Shown in pieces: positions 1 through 13,500 of a stretch of DNA of 64,000 bases. The translations under genes were made by a program, and so were the position numbers. The notes beneath the pieces are model-generated. The model was not told the DNA's origin, made no database searches, and saw only the letters and a list, made by a program, of their open reading frames with translations. Each line of letters begins with the position of its first letter. The stretch's first letter is position 1. Source of the stretch: the human T2T-CHM13v2.0 reference genome, Homo sapiens. The stretch lies in the NCBI RefSeq assembly GCF_009914755.1, contig NC_060925.1. One strand, written 5' to 3'.

Positions 1-3000
1 CCCAAAGAAGGGGCCTGGCAGGCAGCACCAATCGATGTTCACTCAGGCCATGGAAAAGCCTGGGAATTGCTTTTTTCCAGGTGGGTGTAGTGATCAGAGT
101 GGATGCTCACATAGGACTGGGTCCCCAGTTCAGAGGGCTGAGGTCTGAAGTCAAGCCCACCTGAGATGGTACAGCTCTCCCCTTCCCCTCCAAGGGAAGC
201 CTCTGCTATTTCTCTGTTCCTGGTGATTTATGCCATTGCTTTGATTTTACAGCAACTTTCCCTTCAGTGTTTTGCAGGCCACGTGCAGGAATTTTGTTTT
301 AGTGGATGACTATTATGTTGCCTGCCTAGTGGCTCCTACTAACTCTGTGACTGGCCCCTTCTCTTACTCCATCCCTGAAGTTGCTATAGGCCATTATAGA
401 CCCTGCCTTACTGGATGCAGTTATTGGTTCAAGGGTGGCTGCCTGGCTCAAGCCAGACCAGTGAGGGTAGATGCCTGTAGGTGGCTGACAGTCTGAACTG
501 AAGGTTGGAGTAGCTGTTGGTGCTCTATGTTCCTTACCTTCTGAAGAAAGGTGGAGAAAGAATAAAGCTGATGTTCAAGAGGTGCAGAGAGGAAGGAGGC
601 CTTGCGATGTCCTGGTCTCTGGTTTAATTGTTCCTGAGCCCTCTGCTTTTTTCACACACAAAAAGCAGAGGTCTCAGGACCTCCGGCTGTTCAACCCTTT
701 CTAGAATTAGTAGACTGGTAACCCATTTTTTTCTGTTTATTTGCTGGTCTATGGTGGATTTCTATTTCTAGCAACCCAAAGTTTGCAAAAAGAATTTCCC
801 ATTACTATGTATGAACAAAGTAAAGTCTAGAAAAATATGCTCAGGGCAGGTCAAGTATTGACTTCATTTTATTTTACATATAGAGTAACTGAGGCACAAA
901 GAGGGGAGTGAACCACCCAAACCACACAGCGTGTGAATGGTTTGAGCCAGCACCCAAAATGCAGGGCTGCGGCTATCTTCCACTTGGAGTCGTTTCTTTA
1001 AGGACCTTGCCCTAACGCTGGCGTTCTGATTTCTGTGTGACTTAAGAATGGCTAGCCTTATCCCCCTCTGCCTCAATTTCCCCATCATGTCCCTATGGGC
1101 ATTCAATTCCTGGCAAAAGGCCGAACCAGATGTTATGATGTGGGCTGCTTTGAATTCTCAGGGCCAACAAAAGGCTATTATTATTTAATTACTGCAAATG
1201 GTAATTAAGAGGGAAGGTAATTGTCAGCCCTTTCATTATGGCACTTCTGCCCTTTTCCTCTGGCAGTCCCCGGGCCAGTCTTGAAAGGGAGCTGGGTCCA
1301 GATGTGCTGCGAGGATCCAGCACGGGAGGATTGTCAGCCCAGATGGGGGAAAGGCTGTAAGTAGTTACTGTCATCGGCCTCGCTTTCTGAAGACAATTTA
1401 TGGATGATAGAGCCCTTCCACACCCATGAGCTCCTTAGACTCGGTAGGAAAAAGGAGTGAACAGTCATTGAGCACTGGTTGTCTTTTGGGCACTGTGCTG
1501 GGCACTCTCCCTTCTCTGGGTGAGGTCAAGTCCCCAGAAGTCCAGCAAGGTGCCTTGCTTATAGCAAATGCTTGCTAATTGTTGGTGTGTACTGCTTCTA
1601 ATCCTGGCACACTGACCTGTGAAGTTTTATAAATGAGAAGACTGAGATCTTTCTAGATCCTAAAGCTAGTGCTAACCAAGATTTGAACCCTGTATATCTA
1701 TCTGACCTCAAAGCACTAATGCTCTTGCCTTATAACTTGCCACAGGTACTACTGGCCCATTTCAAAGTTGAAGAAATTGAAGCCCAGAGATGCAACATGG
1801 CTTGCCCAAGCTCACTGTAGGATTTAACATTGTCAGGACCTGGTGCCCCATGTCCTGCCCTGCCTGGTCAAGGCTCTGCCCTCCTGCCCATTTCACTGCT
1901 ATCTCCCTCCATCCCATAACCCCCAGCTCACTGCTGATGGTGACTGATGGTGAAAGATGACTAAGACATAGTCTTCACCCTCTGGCTAAGAGAACACTAA
2001 GCTCAACTGCAGATCTATGTAACCAGTTGTCACTGCCTATAACAGACATTGCTAATCAGTCACAGCATTCTTCCTGCTGAGAACCCAGATTACTAGTCCT
2101 TTGAGATTTAGATAAAAATGGACTGGAATTTCCTATCTCACATCTTGAAGAAATCCAGTGATGGCCCCAAGATTTCTTCAAATTCCAGTGACTTGCAAAA
2201 TTGTGCTTACTTTCAGCCCCAGTTTTCTCCTCCCGGCACACCTTTCATCCCTCCTCTGCTCATCTTTCCTCTCTGCCCAGTGCCAAGCCAGGCAACCCTG
2301 TGCCAACCTCACGTTCAGTATGCAGGTTATTTTACTGAGATTGAAGGAGATGGGTTGTATCATAGCAATGCAAAGGGGAGCAAGTTGAATAATGGCTAGC
2401 TCTGCTCTTCAGAGTCCTTCAGCCACCAGTGCCGGCCACTGCTCTTCTCAGGCTCTCCCATTTTATGGATCACCCCCACACTTCAAGATAATGCTCAAAT
2501 ATTTCAACCTGTTCATTTGCTGAGCCCCCTCACCTTCAAAAATTCAATCTCCGTCATTTTTTATTGTATGAAGGAAGAGATATGTATTGAGCTTACAATC
2601 TGATGTCAAAGCAAACAATTAGAAATCAGAATGAATAATTACAGCTGAGATAAGTCTGTAAAAAAGGAAAGGTAGGTCCATGGAGCTATGAGAGTATCCT
2701 GAAGATGGTAGAAGGTCACCCTCAGGATGTGGCTGTGAGCCACATGGTGGGTGAGGAGGAGCTTGCTAGGTGACAGGGCAGAGATGGTTGGGGAGCACAT
2801 TCTGAGAGGAGTGCCTGTGCAAAGTCCCTGTAGCAAGAGGAATCAGCATGCCTTCTGTGAACTCCAGGGGGCTTGTGTGGCTGGAGCACCGAGGCCAAGG
2901 GGGAAAACAGTTCTAGTTGGGGATGAAAGGGTTGGCAACGACCATGCCATGTAGAGACTTATACGCCATTATCCCCATCAGCTTATCATGTAGAGCAAGT

Positions 3001-3883
3001 TAGATCTCCATCTCCTGCTCAGCTCATGGACAGTTTTGGTTTACCCAAAGCTCCATTCATATCTCTGCTTAACAGGGCCAAATGATACTCAGAGTCTCCC
3101 CAGAGAAAGTGATAGAAGTTTTCCCCTTCCTGCCCCACTCCCCCAAGAAAGTGGAAAGGAGAGTACAGAGAGATTGAGTTTCACACCGACGTGAATTATG
3201 CCACTGCCCTTGGAAGACAGAGCATCTAGTTTGCGGTTTAAATGACACTTTTCATCTGGGTCATAACCTGGGAGGTACAGATGAGAAGGGCTTGAGAGGT
3301 TCTTATTGGGTGTGGGTAAGTGCAGGCTGGTGTTCTCAGGGAAGATTTTCCAAGGGAGGCAAGGTGGGAACAGGTCCCTGAAGAACAGGCAGCCAACATT
3401 ACTCTGGCCTAACCCACACGTTCTCTTTTAATACCTGCTCTATAAAGTAGGTATTTGCATCCTTAATTTGCAGAGACAGGAAGAAACTTGCCTAAAGTCA
3501 CTATCTTTAAATGACAAAGCTAGGGTTCAAACAGCTCTCTGGGACTCTTAAACCTAATCTATTAGCTCAATCTACAGCCTCTTTGAGGGAAACAAAATGA
3601 GCAAAGGTAAAGAAGTGAATGGGCAGACAGTCATGTGCTCATTCATTCATTCATTCATTTATTCTCTTGGCAAATGCCATACAGCACCCACTATGCACCA
3701 GGCACTGCAGTAAAAGAAACTCTGAACCAGGAGTTAGAGGACCTTAGCTAGAGGCCTGGCCCCAAGATGTAGCCAACCACTTCCCTTCTCTGGCCTCAGT
3801 TTTTTCCACTGTGAAATGGGGATAATGTTCCTACCAGCCTCCCTCTCAAGACTACTGTAGGGGGTCCAAGTAGAAAGTGCATG

Positions 3884-4321
3884 TGTTCAGTAGCAAAGAC
3901 ATGGAATCAACCAAAATGCCCATTAATGATAGACGGGATAATGAAAATGTGCTACATATACACCATGGAATACTATGCAGCCATAAAAAGGAGCGAGACC
4001 ATGTCCTTTGTATGGACATAGATGGAGCTGGAAGCCGTTATCCTCAGCAAACTAATGCAGGAACAGAAAACCAAACACTGAATGTTCTCACTTGTAAGTG
4101 GGAGCTGAACAATGAGAATACGTGGACACGTAGTGAGGGAGCAACACATACTGGGGCCTATTTGGGGAGCAGGGGGAGGGAGAGCATCAGGAAGAAGAGC
4201 TAATGGATGCTGGGCTTAATGCCTAGGTGATGGGTTGATCTGTGCAGCAAACCACCATGGCACACATTTACCTATGTAACAAATCTGCACATCCTGCACA
4301 TGTACCCTGGAACTGAAAAGT
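3884..4321 (+). mobile_element. 5'-truncated L1 3' end (older L1PA/L1PB type)
   Basis: caccatggaatactatgcagccataaaa...ttacctatgtaacaaatctgcacatcctgcacatgtaccc; candidate TSD agaaagtgcatg/agaaggtgcatg. Confidence 0.9.
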
Positions 4322-4490
4322 TGAAGAAAAAAAAAGAAGAAAGAAGAAGGAAGAAGAAAGAAGGAGAAGGAGGAGGAGAAGGAGAAGAAGAAGAAGAGAA
4401 GAAGAAAAGAAGAAGAAAGAAGAAAGAAGGAAGAAGAAGAAGAAGAAGAAGAAGAAGAAGAAGAAGAAGAAGAAGAAGGAGAAGAAGAAG
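4322..4490 (+). repeat. (GAA)n-rich polypurine microsatellite derived from the L1 tail
   Basis: About 170 bp of A/G only, with a long GAA run. Confidence 0.95.
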
Positions 4491-5504
4491 GTGCATGGTT
4501 GATGCTTGAGAGCGTTTTTAGTTCTGATCGGAGGTACACCCCTCCTCCTACAGAATGAGGAGGTGGTTAGCTAGCTTGATGACAGAGAGGGACATTTAAG
4601 CCGACATGAGAGAGGAGCTGAAAGAAGTATTTCCAAAAGAGAGAATGGAGTGTGAAGGCCATGAGGCAAGGAGGAGCTTGCCACACTGAAGGGACAGAAA
4701 GAACAGGGAATCTGGAGTGGAATGAGGTGGGATTGCAAAATGACACTGAGGGCTAGATGTCCCAGATGAGTCCAGGGTCAAGGTCCCATGGTGAACATGC
4801 TGGGGATACAATGTAGTGGAGCCAGCCTTGTGCTGGGCACTATGAGGGCTGCAAAACCTGTGAGTCACCTGGACACCTCCTGCTTTCTTACTCCCCACAT
4901 CTATCAGTCACCAAGTCCTGGTAGGGCTGATTCCTTAATAAATCCCATGTTTGTCCACTTCTCTCCACCTCTGCCAATGCCAAGGTCCAAACCATTGCCA
5001 CCTTTCACCTGTAGGACTCTGAAAGTCTCCTCACTGCCCCCAGCACCCCCACCGCTTCCCTACTCTGCCCATTCCAGCCCATTCTCTCCTCAGCAACCAC
5101 ATGGACCTTTTGGAGAAAACTCTGCCATATCACATCTCTGCTTAACACCTTCCTGGGACTTCCTTTACCCTTAAGATAAAATCCTAAACCCTTACCTATC
5201 TGGGCCTGCCTACGACATCTAGCCCTGAGTGTCACTTCACAGCTCCCCTCTCTTTTCTGGCCCTTCAATGTGTCAAACTCCTCCCTGCCCCAGAACCTTC
5301 ACGTACTGTTCTCTCTGTTGGAAACACTCTTCCCTGGTGTCAGCTTAAATGTCCCTTACTCTGGGAATCCCTCCCTGATCTTCTCTCAGACACTTCCAGC
5401 CTCGTATGAGACCTAATTAAAGCATTACTTCAGTAATTATTTGCTAAATTCTTTCTCCTGGGACAGACAGTGGAAGAGCTCACCCATGTCCAGTCTATTC
5501 TCTT

Positions 5505-6185
<681 letters not shown>

Positions 6186-7461
6186 TGGTTAAGACAGTGC
6201 TCTATTTGTGCAGAGCTGGGGTCTTCCTCACTGCTGCCTCTCCAGAGCCTGGGACCCTAACTGAAACACTGGAGTAGGTGCTTTGTAAATACTTGAATGA
6301 GTGAAAAAACAGAAAGTGTGAGACATGGTTCCTTCCTTAAATAATGTACTCTAATCCAAGAGATTGATTCTTATACACACAATAGTTAGAATACAATTAG
6401 GGGCTAACTGCTAAAAAAAGAAAGGGAGAGGGGTTAATGGGCTGGAGCTGCCATGGAGGGCCTCCTAGAGGAAAGCTTTGCAGAATTGGAGAGGATGACA
6501 GTGGGCTTGCTGTCCATCCATTCAGCAAACATTTATTCCGATGCATCGTGATGAGTGTGTTGCCAGCAGTGTGGCAGAAGGACCATGGACACCTTGGGAA
6601 CCAAAGGAAAGTGCCCTTTCTATGTGAAGGATCTAGAATGGCTTCATACAGGAGGTGATGTTTGAGCTGACTTGATAAGTAAGTATTCACTACAGAGATG
6701 AGATGAGGAGAAAAGGACTAAGAATACCAGACAGAGGGAACAGCATGAGCAGAGGCCAGGCATCATGAAGGTGGATGGTGTGTTCAGAGACAGGGCAGCA
6801 TCTAGTATGGCTGGATTTGGGGGGAAAGGGGGATGGGTGCCAGTGGCAAAGAGCTGAGCTCAGTCTCTCCATCCCTAGCTTCCTGCACCTCACCCCAACT
6901 GCCTCCAACCAAATCATATTAATAGCATCTTGGAAGGTTCTGGAAGGCTTTTAAGAAAATGTCTAAGCTAAGACCTGAAGGATAAATTGAAGGTGGTCAG
7001 AAAAGGTGAGGCGAAAGGGCAAGGGAGGGTGTTCCAGGCAGAGGGAACAGCATATGCAAAGTCCTCAGAAGTGAGATAGCAAGGCCTTAGATGGCAGCTC
7101 ACTTTGGCTGGCTGGAGCACAGCTTTCCAGGTGGCTAGGGAGGAGACTCGTGGGGCAAAGGTGGGCCAGCATGTACCCTTCCCCCATAAATCCCTTCCAA
7201 AGGCCCCAGCTCAGCACTCAAGGCCTTCAGGATCCTGTCTCCCATCTGCCTCTCCATTCTAAACTTCTGTGCCTTTGCATGTGCTGTTCTAAGTGCCTAG
7301 AATGATGATGATAATGATGATATTGATGATAACATAACTTTTTTGAGCGCTTAGAATGTGTTAGGTGCTGTGATGGGCATTATTTCATTGAACTGCTCAG
7401 CAATGCCGTGATTAATACCTTTTAAAATTAATTAATGCCTTAATTAATTAAAGGTATTAAT

Positions 7462-8485
7462 TTTAAAATTTATAGACTTTATGTTTTAGAACATTTTTAG
7501 ATTTATAGAAAAATTGAGATGATATTACAGACAGTTCCCATATATACCTCCTCTAATTTTCCTATGAGTAATACCTTATGTTACTATTTGTTACGATTTG
7601 TTATAATTCTTGGTAGATACTTTCCTTGACACATTATTGTTATTAATAACTAAATTCCATAGTTTATTTAGATTGTTTTTACCTAATATCTTTTACATTT
7701 AGTAGTTATGTGTCTTTCGTCTGTTTTTTTTTTTTGAGACAGAGTTTCACTCTTGTTGCCCAGGCTGGAGTGCAGTGGCCCAATCTCGGCTCACTGCAAC
7801 TTCCACCTCTGGAGTTCAAGCCATTCTTCTGCCTCAGACTCCTGAGTAGCTGAGACTACAGGCACGTGCCACGCCTGGCTAATTTTTGTATTTTTAGTAG
7901 AGATGGGGTTTCACCACGTTGGTCAGGCTGGTCTTAAAGTCTGACCTGGTGATCCTCCCGCCTCGGCCTCCCAAAGTGCTGGAATTACAGGCATAAGCCA
8001 CTGCACCCGGCCGTGTCTTTAGGCTCCTCTCTGGCTGTGATGGTTTCTCGGACTTTCCTTGATTTGGATGACCTTGATAGTTTTGAGGGGTACTGGTCAG
8101 CCAGCAATTTTGTTGGATAGCCCACTCTTGGAGTCTGTCTGTTTTTCTCACAAGGCTGGGGTTATGGGTTATTGGGAGGAAGACCACAAAGGTAAAGTGT
8201 CATTTTCATCACATAGTATCAAGCACATATCAACATGATTTGTGGCTGTTGATCTTGGCCTTGATCACTTGTCTGAGTAGCAGTCATCAGCTCTCTCCCT
8301 GTAAAGTTACTCCTTTCCTCTCCCTTTCCATATTGTGCGCTTGGGGAGGACGTCACTATCTGCAGCCTACTCCTAAAGAGTAGGGAGTGATGCTCCCCCT
8401 CCCTGATTGTCTACATAAATTATTTGGAATTCTTCTGCACAGACAATTTGTCTCTTCTCTCCCGTTTATTAATTTATTATCTCAT
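7462..8485 (-). mobile_element. Old L1M 3' fragment interrupted by an Alu
   Basis: tagactttatgttttagaacatttttagatttatagaaaaattgag... resembles L1M 3'UTR. Confidence 0.6.
7724..8012 (-). mobile_element. AluS
   Basis: polyT followed by reverse Alu dimer. Confidence 0.95.
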
Positions 8486-10019
8486 TGAATTTCTCAACAA
8501 TGGGTTGGTCCTCTGATTATCGTCATTTCTGGAAACTGGAAGGCCTTCCTTTCTTCCCCACCTCGCTCACCCCAGAGCCAATTTCTGAAGCCCTCTCCAC
8601 CTCTCCAGGAAAGAGTGGCCTCCTCTGTGCTCTCCCGCCATGCTTTAACATTCCAACTAATTCATGCCACACAGATTTCTTGTGCCCCTGCTCTGTGCCA
8701 GGCACTGTGCTTGGGGATTGAGAACAAGCAGTCCCTATGGGCCCTGTCTTCGAGTTGCTCACAGTGTTTGCCATCCTGTGCTGGACTAGAATCTTCGTGA
8801 GGGCAGGGGCATTATCCAGTTTTTTAATAGCTGTGCCCCAGCCAACCAGCTATTAAAAACAGTGGTTGATGTTTACTAGGTCCTCTATGAATATTTACTG
8901 AATTTGGAAATGCTTCCTGGAGGACAAACGCTGGCAGATGATTGTTTATCTCTGTGCCCTTCCCGGGGGACTGTGCGCTCCCTGAGGGCAGGGCCAGCCC
9001 TGATCCATCCTGGCCCAGCGGTCGGGGGGTGGTGGATGCCATAGAAATCTAAGCCGGTGAAGGGATCCTGGAACCGCTGCCTCCTCAGGTAGAAGTGTAA
9101 GTTTGGAAGCTGACACAGCTCGGGAGGCCGAATCAGGAGGACTTGGTGACTGATTGGCTGGGGAGGGTGAGGCGGGAGGAGGAGTCACACAGATGGCTCT
9201 GAGGTCTGGAGCCGGGGGACAGCCGGTGCCACCTCTGATAGACTCTGCGAGAGGAGCCACTGCCAGCTTCGGGCCGCCCCATCCGTCGGGGATCCGGCCT
9301 AGGGCTAGGGAGGGGTGGCTGGGCCTGTGCAAACTTCTACTCCCCACCCCTATGTCCTCGTCTTAAAAAAAAAATCGGCCTGGATTTTGAGCAGGTCGTT
9401 ATCAGGGGTGAGGGTCCATCCTGGGGGTCCCCTCCAGGCGGCCGTCTTCGAGGGAGACCCCCAGGGGCAGCCTGGCACCGCGCGGGCTCGGCCTGGTCAG
9501 GGCCGTGGCCCGCCAGGCCCAAGTCCCCAGCCTGCCATCACCCAGTAGTGGGGTGGCGAGGCGGCCGCCGGGCCTGGGCAGGACAATGGCCACGGCCGCC
9601 GGGGCCCCGGGAGCCCCCGCGCTGGGGAAGGGGCTGTCCTAGGGCCGGGCGCCGGTGCCCTCCCCGCGCGGCTCAGGCGGGCGGAGGGGGGCGAGGAGTT
9701 CCTTTGTGGCTCTGCCTCCGGCGCGGCGCGGGCGGGGGGCGCAGCGCAACTTTGCCAGGCGGTGGCGGCGGCGGCGGCGGCGGCGACGGCGAGCGCGAGA
9801 CGAGGCCCCGGGGCCCGAGTGGGGGCCCCAGCGCGCGGCCCGCCCCCGCCCCCCGCCCGGCCCCCTCCCCTCTCGCGCAGTCGCCAGCGCCCGGCGCTGC
9901 CCACTCGCGGGAGCCCCCGGGGCCGGACGGGCTGCGCAGCCGGAGAGGCGGGGGCCCGACGCGGCCCCCCCGGAGCCGGGCGCCTGGCGCGGGGGCTCGC
10001 CGAGCGCACTGGGGGCCGC

Positions 10020-10251
10020 GCGGCGCTGCAGACCCAGCCTCCCGCCGCCGCCGCCGCCGCCGCCGCCGCCTCGGCGCTTGCAGAACCCAGAAGTGAACAG
10101 CAGGCGACCCGGAAGGTTTGCGCGCGGCTCCGCAGCGAGCCAGAGCCGGAGCCCGAGCCCGGAGCCTGTGCCGGAGCCCCAGCCCGGCCCTGCTCGGGCC
10201 GCCGGGCGCGGGGCTGCGGCCGCGTCCCGGAGGCGCCGCCAGCACAGCCAG
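10020..10251 (+). other. ZNF362: ZNF362 non-coding exon 1 (5' boundary approximate)
   Basis: Donor-like CAG|gtccgt at 10251/10252 inside the CpG island; TSS cannot be fixed from sequence. Confidence 0.6.
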
Positions 10252-10503
10252 GTCCGTGCGGGCCCGGGGCGCGCGGGGAGCGGGCCCAGCGGCGGCGGGC
10301 GCCTGCCCGCGGGAAAGTTGCGCCGAGTTGCGGGCGGGGGCCGGGCCGGGGCGCGGGCGCTGTCAGCGCGGGCCGGGGCGCTCCGAGGGCCCGGGGCCGC
10401 CTGCGCCTCGGGCCCGGCCCAGAGCGGCGGCGGCGGCGGCGGCGGCAGCGGGGCGCGCGGGGTAGGAAGTGTCTCCCGCGGCGTGTCTGGGGCTGGTCTC
10501 CGA

Positions 10504-10545
10504 GTGTGTGTGCGTGTGTGTGTGTGCGCGCGCGTGTGTGTGTGT
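10504..10545. repeat. (GT)n/(GC)n alternating purine-pyrimidine tract
   Basis: gtgtgtgtgcgtgtgtgtgtgtgcgcgcgcgtgtgtgtgtgt. Confidence 0.9.
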
Positions 10546-13500
10546 TTTCTTAAGCCGGGCTATTCAAACCCTGCTGCAATTCTCCGGTAAACAATGATTC
10601 ATGGGGCATAATGCAAATAAACGGATTGCAAACGGCGCGGTTCGCGCACTTTGCAGCCGGCCCGGTGGAGCAGCCAGTGCCGGATTTCTCCCTTTTTTTG
10701 CAGATCTGCAGAATATGGCGTCCCTGTCCTGTTTTAAAAATAAGCCAGGCTGCCATTTTTGTTTTTCTTTTGTCTGAAAATTTTAATAAAACTGTCTGAG
10801 AATGTGGGAGAGGCGGCTGGAAGCAGAGGGGGCACCCGAAGGGTTGGCTTTTTTCCTTTTCTTTGGCGAGAGCCGCGAGCCTTTCGGGGAGGTGAGACAC
10901 AATGCAATTGCACTTTAAAGAAAAAAAAAAAGGGAAGCTGCCGGGCGATTTGAGGGGGGAGGGCTGGGAATTTAAAGTTAACTCCGAAAGTTTGCTTTGC
11001 TTTGCTTCTCTTTCTTTCTTTCTTTCTTTTTTTTTTTTTTTGGAAGGCGGTGAAATGCCGCGAAAGGATCTCGAGGCCCATTTCTCCCCCAGCCAGCTGC
11101 CTTTGCAGGATTTTTGGGAAAAGTTAACTGCCGGTTTCCTCAGAGCTGCGCGGGATGGGGGTGGGGGGGCGGATGTGGAGGGTTGAGGATGGGAGTTTTG
11201 GGGGAACTGAGAAACATTTATTTGGAAGGGGCTCTATAAACATGGCATTGTAAGGAGCTAGATCCTCAGATCTGGGGGAGAGGGCCGGCAAGAGGGGCTC
11301 AGAATGGGTCCAGGATTTCCAGCAAAGACCCCTGGCATGAGGAAATAATCCTGCTGTCCCACCACCCTGCCCTCGAGCAGTGTGGAACCTTCGGGAGCTG
11401 TGTGTGTGGCAGTGGGCCTGTCTCCTTCATGGGTGGCCAGGACCCCCCGTGTAGGCTGGAATCTCGCCCAAGCCCTGGGGTGACCCTTGGACCCTGAGGC
11501 AAGTGAGCTTGGCCCTTTGCAGTTGGAGAGCCCCCTCCCCAACCTGGTGGTCCTCCTGCCCCCAGAGGTGGCAGCTGGTGGTAATGTCTTCCCCGACCCC
11601 ACCCTATGATGAACTTTTGGTTGGGTGCAGGCCTGCGGCCCAGTGGGTCCTGTCTGAGGGAAGGGGCAGGAAAGGTAGTCTGGTTTGCTAGACCTCCTCG
11701 GTGTGAGCCTCACCCCTGTAGTATGCTCTTATTCCTTTCTGCCACTCCTGCCCTACGCCCGGGAGGTAGAAGCACTTTGGACTTCGGTTAAGTTCCTGAA
11801 GTATCTTGCTGGACAGGTCAGGGCCTGCTGGCTCCGCAGGCTGCCGAGGGGGATCTGAAGGCCAGGCCCACAAGGTCTGGGGTGACTGGTGCTGTCCAAG
11901 GCACTGGGGCAGTGTTGGGCCTAGCCTCTCATGTGTCCCCTACCCCAGCATTTCTTGGAGGGGAGACCCTTCTAGTCTCACTCCTGGTTTGTGTCCTGGC
12001 TCCACTAGACAGAGTGAGCTCCCAGAAGCCAGAGTCGGGGGTTGAAAGCTGGGGTTAGGGGTTCAGGGCTGTGGAACATGGCATGTCTTGGCCAGAGGGT
12101 ACCAAGCCAGGTGGTTTTTAGATGGAGGAACTGAGGTCCAGAGAGAGGAAGTGACTTGCCTGAAGTCACGCTACCAGGTAGAAGGAGACTGAGCCCGGGA
12201 CCTGGGTGTTCAGGCTTCCACTGCTGGGCTCCCTCCACTGTTCTCCATGACGGGCCTGGACCCCTGGAAGATCCGTTTTGAACAGAACTGGACTAGAATG
12301 GGACAGCACGATCCCTTCACCCCCTCCTACCCCCGCCATCATAATCTTTCCTGAGAGAATTGAACTTCACAGTTTTCACAGTATGGTGTGGTGATTATCA
12401 CATCAGGTTCTCCCAGAAACTCAGTTAGGGTTAAATTGTCCTAATGGGGATTATGAACCTCATTATAAGGAAACCAAGACTCAGAGAGGTTGAACAGTGG
12501 CAGAGGAGGCTTAAATTCAGGCCTGCAGGCTCCTCGCCTGGCCTTTTCCCAGGTGGACTTTGGTGCTGTGGGAAGGACTCTTCTAGGTTTTGGACTCTCT
12601 AATTCTTCTGCTGAACCCAGTGACTGTGTAAACATCCAGAGGCCCACCCCACCCAAAGAATGTCAGACTGAAAAGGCTCAGATGTCAGGAGGTCACCTGG
12701 GCTCAGAGAGGGGAAGCTACTGGCTGGAAGTCAGTGATTTGGGTCTCAGAACCAGACCCTGATCTCCTGCCTCCCTTCCTCTGTGACACTCAGAGGGACA
12801 ATGAGCCCCTCTACCCATTGCCAGGCTGCACGGGCCCCAGGATGGCAGGAATTGCTAGTGGATGGTGGTGCTGGTGATGGTGTCATGGAATAATGGCCAG
12901 CGCTCCATGGAGACATGAACTTATCCCAGGGACTGAGGAATAGGCTATCTGCAGTCTTGGGGGGTGGAGGCAAGTTGGTCCCACATGGAAAGGAGGAAGC
13001 AGGTGTGTGGGTAAGGTGGGGACCGGGTCTGAAGCCAGGCTGGCCCTAGCCCTTCCCTGGGCAGACACTTTCCTGTCTTATCTCTCTGTAAAATGAGGAG
13101 CCATTCATTCCTTCTTCTGCCACGGGCTATTTTATTCATTCATTTGTTGCCAGATCATTCCTTTATTCTTTCATTATCCATTAATTAGTTTATTGGTTAG
13201 TCATCTCAGTAATCTACCCATCTGTCCTTCTATGCAATCCTTAGCTCACCCAGCCCACACTGGACAGACATGTGAGATACAAGTGTAGTCCTCCAGGGCT
13301 CTAAAGCCAACAAGGAAGAAGAGGTGAGACTGCAGGTGCATGAAGCACTAGCCAGGGCAGTGTTTGCTGAGTGCCTCCATGAGTCCCCAGGGGAGGTCTC
13401 TCAGAGAATGGAAAGCTTGAAGACACCAAAGGAGTTCCATAAACCATCACAGTGGTAGACCTGGGTCCTGAGATTAGGTCCCATTGTGTCACATGGCTTC

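Larger units (their letters stand above)
9230..10720 (+). promoter_or_regulatory. ZNF362: CpG-island promoter of ZNF362
   Basis: Very high GC and CpG density, multiple GC boxes, inverted CCAAT (tgattggct ~9151) just upstream, GCC/GGC triplet runs; lies 5' of the ZNF362 coding exons. Confidence 0.9.

Noticed and set aside
4216-4539. Poly-Ser/Leu/Arg ORFs
   Set aside because: Translations of the GAA microsatellite
9497-10590. Long overlapping ORFs (170-311 aa) on both strands
   Set aside because: Stop-poor CpG island; non-ATG starts, low-complexity Ala/Arg/Pro/Gly translations and no domain
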